Made by a program: the position numbers and the translations under genes
Shown: positions 1-10,226 of the stretch, in pieces
How positions within the stretch are numbered: the first letter of the stretch is position 1
How the letters are laid out: every line of letters starts with the position of its first letter
NCBI GenBank assembly: GCA_003693705.1
Contig: RBZT01000635.1
Location: 416-64,415 of the forward strand
Direction: 5' to 3'
DNA length: 64,000 nucleotides
Origin: Polymyxa betae A26-41
Taxonomy: Eukaryota > Protista > Endomyxa: Phytomyxea
Notes under the pieces: generated by a model
What the model saw: the letters and a program-made list of their open reading frames with translations, nothing else
Databases searched by the model: none
Told to the model about the DNA's origin: nothing

Positions 1-317
1 ACCTGCTCTGATCCTATTAGATTTCGAAAAACAGGAAAGATTTGAACTGATCCGATTGGGTAGAGCATCATGAGTAGATCGCATACGTCATGTATGAAGA
101 AACCGCTTCAGATAAGACTCCGTCAGGTTTGCAATGAGATCTTCGCCACCAGGCTTCGAAGGAAATGTCAACTGCGTGCAGACATAAGCTCATTAGCATC
201 CTGGAGATCTTGCCCAGAATGTCGCCTCGAATAGACCAATGTTGGCAAGATTTGGTCCAGCAAAAGATATTTTTTGTACACTTTGGTTCCTTACAGTTCG
301 TAAGCCTCTGTGGTCCG

Positions 318-2286
318 ATGAGGAAGAGCATTTTGTGCTGTCTGCTATTACTTGATGTCATTTCCGGTACTGTCCTCGACTCCAACCTCTACACAGAAAA
401 CACACTCTGGACTGGAACTCAACGATGTGTTAAATTCGCAGTTGCCAAGAACGGCCAAGTAATAGTCCCGCTGTCTGCTGTCATTGTGTTTAACATCAAT
501 CACAGGTCTTATGTGGCGATAAGGATGGCTATATCCGAATGTTTCCTTCATTATCAGCGAGGGTAGACCAGCAGAAGATCCTCTGGAGTAATGACAAAGG
601 GTTAACAGCGACCTGGAGCGATCATGGCCTATTAGGGATGGCTGTGGATCCCAACTACCCGGATACACCTTACATTTGGGTTTTGGTATCAGTGAACCGT
701 CTGGAAGATCTGAACGATGATACGGTTCGGCCGAATTCCTGTGCAGCCGGTGATGCCGGCGGGATTGACGGCTCGTGTGACGCTGCTGCACGTCTGTTGC
801 GGATTCAGGTCCAGAACGGTGTCGGCAAGACCGACCAGATCCTGATGTCGGGTTGGTGTTCGAATGGCGAATCGCATCATATTGGAGATCTTCGATGGGC
901 ATCAGATGGAGGCCTCTATGTATCTGGAGGTGATGGAGCTTCTTATACTGTCGAGGTACGCCTTAATACAACCATTTCAATGTGGGTTGAAAGCTGTCTA
1001 TAGGATCGGGGGACCCATGGAGCGCCTTGCTATCGATCTGCTGATTCCCGTCCGCAAGGTGCTTGGCGCTCGCAATGGGACGAGTATACCCATGGCAAGG
1101 TATTGAGAGCCTGGCAACCAAGTTTAATGCTCTGAAGCGGCTTACAGATCCTGTACGTGTCGCGTCCGGCCTTGCTTGGCAACAGCGTGGTGACAATTGG
1201 GAATGGAGCGAGAGTAGTCGCACGAGGTTGACGATGCAGCTGTCAGTATTTTTTTGCTGATTGAAACGCTGTAGGATTGAGAAATCCATTTCGCTTTATC
1301 GTCCACCCGGTCACAAACGACTTATACATTGGAGATGTCGGGTCGGAATACATCGAGGAAATCAACTATTTGCCGAATCCTTTGGCCACGAACAATGTCG
1401 TTAACTTCGGATGGCCATGCTTCGAAGGCGCTATTGAGCAACCCATGTATGGATCTGACGCTGGCTGTTCGAATGTAGCCAACGTCCATACGAAACCGTG
1501 GCTGTCTTATGGTCGATCGAAAGCGTTCCAGGTTCCTGGAGCTCAAGATCACTGCATGCGCGGCTCTGTAGTCTTTCGGAGCCTGCGATCGATGATTGAG
1601 AACTTATATCTGACAGGTCTCGCCTACAGCGTTTGCATTCCGTTCGGGGACTGAATGGGGATCGAACTACCAGAATCGCCTGTTTTGGGCTGATGGCTCT
1701 ATGCAGTGCTTGTTCGCATTTGGAAATAACGACCAAGGGTAATGCTTCAATCAGAATCTTTCCATACGAAATGATTGTTCGTCATTAGATCCCCGGATCC
1801 AACCAAATTGTCATTGGTCGCTTTCAACGATAATTCGTCATCGGGTGTCAATGTCCCGCAGAGCCAATGGGTGGATCTCTTCTTCTATGGCGTTGGGAAT
1901 CAATCTGTGAGTGACCTGGATCTGTCAATGCTGGAGCGGTTCTGATGTCCAACCAGTATTTATACGGGGCGAACTACCACGACTCAGTATTAAGTTCTTT
2001 CAATTATTTAGGCTCCAGAGCAATTGTGACGAAGAATGGCTCGTCCAGCTCTGCCACGACGAAAACCACGCTGACGATCGTGTTCGCCAGCATTGGTGGC
2101 GCTCTTGTAATCGCCGCCGTTGCGTTCTTCATCATGAGACGGCGGCGATCGCGGACACCGCTCCTAGGCCCGTCGCTGAGCGCTCGCCGTCGCTCGATCA
2201 ACCTGGACCCTGTCAGCCCAACTCCAATGACGGATACCATGAGGAACCGGCCGTTATCGGCACGGAACCAACGCTCAATGGTTTGA
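318..2286 (+). CDS. Glucose/sorbosone dehydrogenase (GSDH, PQQ-type beta-propeller) family type I membrane protein, paralogue 1; 7 introns
   Basis: Signal peptide MRKSILCCLLLL. Spliced motifs GLLGMAVDPNY, HHIGDLRWASDGGLYVSGGDGASY, GLRNPFR, LYIGDVG..EEIN, NFGWPCFEG. C-terminal TM (LTIVFASIGGALVIAAVAFFIM) followed by RRRRSR. Confidence 0.85.
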
Positions 2287-2379
2287 CCAAACATTGACTA
2301 CTCAGATTGCTAATGTAGAACTGTTAACATTGTTGCAGAACATCTGATCGAGATCGATTCGAACGGTTTCGCCTCTAGG

Positions 2380-3581
2380 TTATTCGTTTAGTCTGTTTAT
2401 TTCGCCTTTCTTGACCAGAGGCCTGCCTCGCGCATGGCATCCTGCATATCGCGCGTATTGATCGCCCCTGTTCAGTGCCGTCTCTCTCCGTTCGATATTG
2501 ATTCGTTCACCAAACAGTTTAGTCTTCCAGGGTGTGTCGGTAATAAACCCCCTGCTGATATAATTCTTGGCGTCTTGACCGATCATGAGATTGATCATGG
2601 ATGCTGCGTTCTCATGTGATACAATCCGGCTCTTGCCGTGATTCAAATGATACGCTTTCAGCGTTTCGGTGGCATCAACGACCTGGATATCGTTCCTGCT
2701 GACGACCAATCCTGAAAACCAGTTGTCTAACAACCGATCATTAGCACAACATTCCATGATGGTCACGCTTTAGCTTACCGAAATAGACGCCCCCGAGCAG
2801 GAACGGCGGTACGCAATCCCAGACGATATTGATGCCACGATTGAATACGAAATAATCCTATCTCAGAAATGTGAGGAATAATGAGACGATTATCGTGGAG
2901 TCCAACCTGTGCGTCTGTTTGAAACAGAGTTCCTTGATCGAAACGCTTTTGTAATTGGAAATTGTGCTTGCCATTGAGAATATACGATGGAACATCGATA
3001 TTCGTTCTCCTGCCCTCAATGACGAAATTATCCCATCCGTTGCTGGCAGCGTATTGTTGCACGGCTTGGGCCGTCTCGACCAAGCTGTCGTCGTACATGA
3101 TATCGCCATTGCTAAAGCCAACGATATCGGTCTTGATTGGCAATGTCCGGTCCACCAAACGAAGCAGAGAGCGATACGTGAGATTTTCAACATCGTTGCT
3201 GCTAGGCGGCTCCATACAGAGCAATTTGAATTCTTTTGCAAGCTGAAGGATCTCATGATCATTCGAGACGATTATGAAATCGACTTGATCGAGATTCGCC
3301 CACGATCTGAAGACGAACTTCATTTGCCTCCTGCTGTTCCCATTCTGGCTGGGAACGCCCAACGATTTCGGTGCGACGATCATGGTGATCACCGAATCAG
3401 GCTTCAGAGCGCCTTCGAGTCCGCCCATATTCAGCTGGGGAGACGTCAGGCGAGTTTCCGAAGCGATGCTGGAGAAAATGAGAAGCGATCCCGAGACGAA
3501 GACGATGCTGAGAATCGTGACGACGTGAAGACGTGGAAGACTTCGGAGTCGTGATCGGGCTCCATTCCAGATGTTAAACAT
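2380..3581 (-). CDS. Type II membrane protein, putative GT-A glycosyltransferase-like
   Basis: N-terminal TM (VVTILSIVFVSGSLLIF); VGFSNGDIMYDD, GRRTN and DNWF motifs; two short introns join ORFs 2775-3581 and 2380-2766. Confidence 0.55.
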
Positions 3582-3967
3582 GGGCTATCAAATGATCAGA
3601 ATAAGACAGTCACCGCCTTAAGTGATACAATCTCTATGACGGAAATCGAAATCCGCCAAAGCAATAATATCATAAAGGATGTACGTATTCACAACGTTGG
3701 AAATGGCCAGGCTGGACAGGCTGCCAAGCTAGATGAGAAAGGTGTCACAATATTTTTTGGAGATCGCTTCGACGATCGAGTTTCGAACATTCTGTGGGAT
3801 GCGAGGCCCAGGAGGACCTCTGACCTGAAACAATCGCTCGATAATGTACAAGAAAGAGAATATTTGTTAATGAGACTTCGACAGAAGCAGACAGGTTCTG
3901 TTTGGTGTGATGTGATCCGACTCCCCGATTGGGACGCCATAATTGTTTGTCTATCGCAGTCGTGATC

Positions 3968-4727
3968 ATGACTGGCGTGACGACACCGACGTCGCGAACC
4001 CAGACCCGATTCGGGTGTGTGACCCGGGTCCCGATCATGGCCGCCCTGCCGACGGCCGAGCCAGAGGGCCAGGCGAAGCCCAGGGCTGGCAGTAGTAAGC
4101 AGCGTCGACTGAGCGAAAAGCCTGTGAAGACAAAGAGGTTCGGTCGAACGAGTTTTTGCTTGCAATTCGCTCTTGACGATTTTTCTAGCGACAAAGTCTC
4201 GATCGTTGATAAACACAAACAGCTACAAGAAAAAATCGAAGAACTCACTGCAAAGTTGGAGGAGTATCAAAATGAATCTCACGATAACAAGCGTAAAAAA
4301 TGGAATAATCAAGAGAGCTCGGAAGCCGAGTTTTTATTCGAAGAGCAACGAATTAGTATGATATCAAGTGGTCATCGAACTTGGGCTAAGAAATCGGTTG
4401 TTCTTAGATGAGCGAGAATCATTCGAAAAACAGATCGCTGTTATGCAGGAACGAATGGACCTTGCAGAAGGCCGACTGGAAGCCTGTCGATCCGCTTTGG
4501 AATCTGCAGGCATCAATGCAGTCAGTTTCGAGCGAATCGAGGCGTTGAAAAGCAGCGATCTCGACGACCTCGAATCGAAGACGAAGGCCATTGGAGAAGA
4601 GATTCTCAAAGGTCACGAGAACGCCAGGTCGCTTATCTCCGAGATTGAAGACATGTTCAACGACGACGACCTCGATTCGTTATTCGAAACTGTCAACCAC
4701 ATCGGCAACGAGGTCGCTGTCAGCTAA
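3968..4727 (+). CDS. Hypothetical coiled-coil protein
   Basis: ORFs 3929-4411 and 4368-4727 are joinable by short introns; heptad-rich (KQLQEKIEELTAKLEEY, QIAVMQERMDLAE). Confidence 0.6.
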
Positions 4728-4810
4728 TTTCTCAAGATTCGAATGCACCAGCCAGGTTCTGTCGATAACTAATAACAGTCATTAATATTTTTGTATTGTT
4801 TCAGCTGGTT

Positions 4811-5429
4811 CTAAGACCGCCGAGCTAAGAACGGTCTGATCAGTTTCGAATGAACCAAGACGAACAATGCAAACGACACCGCCACCCCTAACAACATGGT
4901 GGTCTTTCCCTCTACGAATTGAGCCTGTTAGCAAACACGCCTCAACGATGAACCTCTGTGATTACCCTTCGACGCTGTTGCCTCGAGAATCTCTTGCAGT
5001 TGCTGGGCTTTTTCGTTGGCAGGATGCAGCTGCAGGACGCGGGCCAGGTATTCCGACGATTCAGCCCGTAAACCGAGCTTGAATTTGCAAACAGCCTGAG
5101 CATAGCAGGACTCATCGATCAGCAATCCTTCTTCGATCATATCTGCAAACAATGTTCCATCAAAACCGAAATCGTTTGTCCACGAGCCCGTTTACCATCC
5201 AGGATATCTTGCGCTTCCAGCAAATGAGCTTTGTCCGACGAGCAGATCAGCGCCTTGGCGAACTCCAAATAGACCTGAGGATTTGGGAATTGCAGATCCC
5301 GCTCCTTCGTCCAGGTTCTCCGACAAGACTATCGCATGAATCAGCCCGCCACCGGGGCCAGAGACGGAAACTCGGGCCCACCTCGATATGCTCAGCCACA
5401 TCGACATCATCGTGATCCTGAACCGTCAT
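4811..5429 (-). CDS. FIS1: Mitochondrial fission protein Fis1-like (TPR-like repeats + tail anchor); 3 introns
   Basis: Spliced: MTVQDHDDVDVAEHIE|SCRRTWTKERDLQFPNPQVYLEFAKALICSSDK..ILD|DMIEEGLLIDESCYAQAVCKFKLG..VLQLHPANEKAQQL..|..TMLLGVAVSFALFVLVHSKLIRPFLARRS*. Two TPR-like motifs, C-terminal TM and basic tail. Confidence 0.8.
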
Positions 5430-5444
5430 GCTCGCCGTGGCTGC

Positions 5445-5650
5445 AATCGTGCCTGACGAATTCCACGTCGGCGCTGTCTCAGGCTGGAACAAGAGCTGGT
5501 AGATAGGAGAATACAGCAGGCAGGTTGCCCCTAATAATCCCTTCACGCACCCTCTTGGCGCAGCACATTGGGTCACACTATGTATTAGGGTTAGGGTTTA
5601 GGGTTTGCTCGCTTCGCTTGGCTTGAACGCTCATCAGGGCAGGCTTCGGC
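5445..5650 (-). ncRNA. Candidate telomerase RNA (ends approximate)
   Basis: C-rich telomeric tract 5606-5585, enclosed by helix 5641-5631/5537-5526 and followed by a three-way junction at 5522-5450. Folded by hand only. Confidence 0.4.
5585..5606 (+). repeat. Interstitial telomeric-type tract TTAGGG-TTAGGG-TTTAGGG-TTT
   Basis: Read directly from the sequence; the only such tract I noticed in the window. Confidence 0.9.
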
Positions 5651-5922
5651 GGCTGGAGTTGAGTCCGACTTTTTAACCAGATTTAATGTACTTTGTACGT
5701 GGATGAATTCCTTGGGCACGTTCCTCTTGAATCAGAGTTTAACCGGGCTGATTTTGTTTATATAACATTTTCCATTCCGATCGGACAAAGCAGTATTTTG
5801 ATATCCAGATTAAATGCTTAAACGTTGACTAATTCTCCGCTTGTATGCATTTTGTATAAAGTATGATCAACGAAGGGTTTCTAAGCGAAGTTTCTGTAAT
5901 GAAAAAAAGCTGAAGAGTTTAT

Positions 5923-7644
5923 TTACAGAGCAGAGTAGAAAGCCAACACGAAGCAACCAGCGATGACAGCAGAGAGTGTTGCAGTCAATGCAGAGCTCTT
6001 CGATGTGGATTTCGAGCCGGACCCGGTGCCTGTCGTTCCAGGTGTTGCAACGACCACGCTCGGATCGATGGATTTGTCACCGCTGTAGGTGACCTTGATG
6101 ACCTGCGACGAATAGAAATCGAGGGCGTACAGAGCCGTATTGGCACCGGTTCCAGCAAACATCAAGCCGACGATCTGTCCATCTGTGGCTGTTGGACCAT
6201 TGTAAGCTAACAGCTGCATCTTCGTCGTGTCTGCACTCGGCAATCTGTTGTAGCTGGTTAGAAGAGCATTTTTTGCTAATTAAGTTCTCACCCTTTGTCG
6301 TCGTTCGCCAAGACGAAGATGCACTGCATAGAAGAATCCGCCCAGAACAGACGGTTCTGGTATTTGGAGCCCCAATCCGACGAGTTCATGAACATGAAGG
6401 CGGCAGCAGAAACCGTGCCTCGCATGCAGTGATCTTGGGCGCCCTCGACACTGAATCCTCTCGTACGGGAATAGGCGATGAATGGCCTCGTGTGAACTTT
6501 GGCAACATCGGCACATCCAGCGTCGGCACCGAAGGACGGCTGCGCGACGTTCCCTTCGAAGCACGGCCAGCCGAAGTTCGGAACGTTCGTGTTGGTGAGC
6601 GGGTCGGGAATGATATCGATCTCTTCGAAGAAATCCGAGCCGACGTCGCCGACGTACAGATCGTGAGTGATGGGATGGATCGCGAATCGGAAAGGGTTTC
6701 TGAGACCTGAACGCAGGCTTAGTGTCGATCATCTTGCAATCGTTCGAAATTGCCACCTTTCGCCACGATTCGTGCTCCGTTTCCGATTGTAACCAAGGCG
6801 TTGCCATACAAAGCCTCCCTCGACAAGTAGAACACTTTGCCATGCGTGTAATCGTCCCATTGGGATCGCCAGGCGCCCTGGAATCGGGTGTCGCCATCTC
6901 GATGGCATGGTTGGCCAGGTGTTCCTCGATCCTGAACAGTCCCATCAGATCTTCACAGCTCTCTGATTGCAGCGATACTGTACCGGATTGGTGTAAGAAG
7001 CGCCATCACCACCCGACACATACAAACCGCCATCACGAGCCCAATCCAGATTGCCGATGTGGTGTGAAAGCCCGTTCGAGCACCATCCATACATCAGGAG
7101 CTGATCTATAGCGGCCGTGTTGCCGGTCACCCTCAGGCGGTATAATCGAGCCGCTTGATCGCAGGCGGCGCCGGCGTTCATGGAGCCGCCGTCGCCAGCA
7201 TCACACGAGTTCGGCAGGACGTTGGCATCGGTCGTTGGGCTCTCCAGACGCCGCACCGACATCAGAACCCAGAGGTATGGGCTCGTCGGGTAATTCGGGT
7301 CGATGGCCAAGCCGAGCATACCCCGATCGCCCCAGGTCGATGTCAGATCGCCTTGTGCTTGCCAGACGAGAACCGCATCGTTCTCGCTGGACGTGATCGA
7401 CGGGAACTTGCGAATGGAGCCGTCTTTGGCGCCACAGAAGATCTGAAACGATTTTTAGAACGAATGAGAGCTGTTTTGAATGGCAGTTTCGAACCTCGCC
7501 ATTAGGAGCGGTCAGAATTTTCGCACAAGCGCCGATTCCACCGCCCCAATAGTGTGCTGCATTCCAGTTGGCTGCATCCTGAACGATAATCGAGCAGACA
7601 CTCGAGATGCCAAGCAACAACGCCAACACCGAAGCCCTCTGCAT
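5923..7644 (-). CDS. GSDH family surface protein, paralogue 2, probable GPI anchor; 4 introns
   Basis: Signal peptide MQRASVLALLLGISS; same GSDH motifs as paralogue 1; S/T/G linker then terminal hydrophobic tail SALTATLSAVIAGCFVLAFYSAL* with no cytosolic tail. Confidence 0.85.
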
Positions 7645-7792
7645 GTTTGCTGGCAGATTTACGAATGGGAGGCGGCTATTGTCGAGGAACTCGTGCCTGG
7701 CGATTGTCGCGTGCCGTCGTTATTCCAACTGATACACAGCAGGCCCTCGAGATTCTTAGAAGACAATGTGGCTGTCTGATCTTTATTCGATA

Positions 7793-8361
7793 TCAATCCT
7801 TATTTATACCAAGAATACGAACTCGGTGCATGACTGGACTTTTAGCAATTAAAACGATAGCCAGAGCGATACTGTTTGCAACTGCCAGCTCGACGTTCCA
7901 ATCGCTTTCATGAGAAGCCAGCAGAAATCTACACCCGAATATTAAAATCAAACGAATGCATAGATAAATAAATCTCACATGATGACAGGAACAATAGCCA
8001 AAAATTTACGATTTGTGGTATATTGGGTTCCTCTATCGATTTGTTCCCAGAATGTCTCCTCATCGTAGATGCCTTGGTCTTCAGCGACCGGAGAACCTTT
8101 CTTCCAATGAAAGAGAAAGAACGTCACCTGGGCGAGCGTAAAGATTCGAAACAGCGTTAAAACCTGAGAGATCCTTACTGCTGAATGGACCTGATGAACG
8201 ACCGTCCATGCACAATGATGCCAATGCAAGACTGGGACGGCGAACAGCAGGTATCGGAAAATCAAGACCACCCCAATGTAAAACGCCCAAAACCCTTTCT
8301 CGTCCAAAAACGAGACATTCCGATTATCAAAACAATCGGCCTCGTCCCCTGTGTTTTCCAT
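7793..8361 (-). CDS. ORMDL: ORMDL/Orm sphingolipid biosynthesis regulator
   Basis: FHWKKGSP..DQG.Y..ETFWEQID.GTQYT.NRKFL and AKSPVMHRVRILGINK; intron 8128-8178 plus one near 7929-7978. Confidence 0.93.
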
Positions 8362-8583
8362 TGCTCGGATTCGAAACTGACTTAGTCTCCTGTGAGAAAC
8401 AGTTTCATTGAGGAGTTCGCAACAACAAAATTTGCGCGACTGGAAAACTGAAACTCTGCGCGCATTTTCTTGCTGTCTTAAGTGGCCTGGTTCAAAAGAA
8501 CAACGTTACGCAAGGCTCATGATGACAGAGAGAGAAGCCTCATTGGTCATTTTATATTATGACAGATTGTCGTATCTAAGTAG

Positions 8584-10036
8584 ATGACAGTCGAAGCTGA
8601 AGGACTTCTTAGCGATGCCTTCCTTGAAGGCTTGGCGCAAGGAAATCAGCATTCCGTTGCGCAGCTTCGAACCGTTTTTGATTCGATGAAGAATCAGATC
8701 ACTAGGCTTGAGGTACAACCTGGAGCCAGCCCAGTTTTATCAATTTCATTCATCTGAAGGGTACGCTGGAAATCTTAGGCAAATAACGATAAATTACGTT
8801 CCAGAGTAAAGATCCTGCTGCATAATCATGCAGAGCTGGAAAACATTGTTGTTGACTTGAAGGCTCAACAATCTTCAGAACTAGAAGATTGCAAGAGAGA
8901 AATATATCAACTGCAAAATGAGGTCTGTACACCAGGCTCTTTGCATTACTGGTGCTAATGAAGTGCACGACGTAGTATAGCTGGAAAAGTTGAGACGAGA
9001 ATCAATCGCCTTCAGCAAACAGAATGAAGCTATCAAAAAAGGTCTGGAGAGTACCCTCGCTGATAAAACCAGAATTCTAATCGAAATGAAGGCCGAGAAC
9101 CTAATATTGAAGGTTTAGCTGAATTGTCACTGTTAATGATATCTTAACGTTTGAAATCAGGATCAGCTGGAGGAGCAAGGACTGCAATTCGCTCAATACC
9201 AATCTCGCTCTGAAATCACCAAAGATTTCATCCACGAAATTCGGGGTGCGATTGCTTCTGTACAGAAGGTTCAGATCTCTAATCAGGCCATGCTGGGAAA
9301 GTTCTCCAAACAAGGTTCGTTGAACCTATTGCGATGCACCTGAAATTATGATCATTTCGTTACAGTTTGCATCGCAAAGCAAGAGTATTTAGAACTAAAA
9401 ACAGCTCATGAAGAGTTAGAATGTCAGTCGCAATATGTTTCGCCAGATATTCCTTTAATTTGTTTTCTAGTGGATATAGCAGGGAAAAATAGCATCATAG
9501 AATCATACGAACGAAAGATGAAAGAACTTGAAGAATTGAAAGCCGATGAGCAGTGGACGTCAAAAGAAAAAGAAATTACTCGAGAATTCATTGCAAACTC
9601 AACTAACGATTTCCGTCAGCACCAAATCGATATGAAACTACGCAGCAAGAAGCATATCGACTGTTTATACGAGTTAGCGTCGTTTGCTAATTCCGAATTA
9701 AAGAAACTATCCCATCAGACCGTTGAGCAAGAGACTACGCCTGCGTCTGGTCCTGTCCAAACCGACACTCAAACAAACATCGAGTGTTTAAATCCTGGAC
9801 AACCGTTAAGTCAGCAGGCTGCTACTTCTACAAATTCATCTAAAGTGGACAAATTGCTTACCATTCAAGAAAACGAAATCAACAGATCGTCTGATCTAGC
9901 AAGAGATAATTCGGAGTTCCAAAACGATTCTGAATCTAGAATAAGTGGAGATATAGCTGTAGCGGATAAAGAGAATCCAAACGATGTAGTTTTAAATGTA
10001 TCAGGACTGTTCCCAACATTCGATGCAAGAATGTAA
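8584..10036 (+). CDS. Hypothetical multi-exon coiled-coil protein (ends uncertain)
   Basis: Exon MTVEAEGLLSD..QITRLE followed by a GT donor; several short exons lead to ORF 9470-10036. Confidence 0.5.
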
Positions 10037-10226
10037 TAAATATCTAGCATCTGACAATCCTTCCGAGGCCAGCAGTAGCTTAGACACATTCAGACGAATA
10101 CCTAACGAAATAATGAGCGAAATTCAGAAATTTCTCACCGACTGATTTCCGGAATCCGTAGTTGCGGGGTGCGTGCTTGATGACCCGACCTGGTTCTTTT
10201 GTGAAATTTTTCAGAACAACTTCGTC

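Noticed and set aside
5585-5606. True chromosome end or fusion scar
   Set aside because: Only about three units, embedded between intact genes with no subtelomeric features.
5600-5675. Plus-strand Pol III RNA ending at TTTTT (5670-5674)
   Set aside because: No tRNA cloverleaf or A/B boxes recognised; the pairing favours the minus strand.
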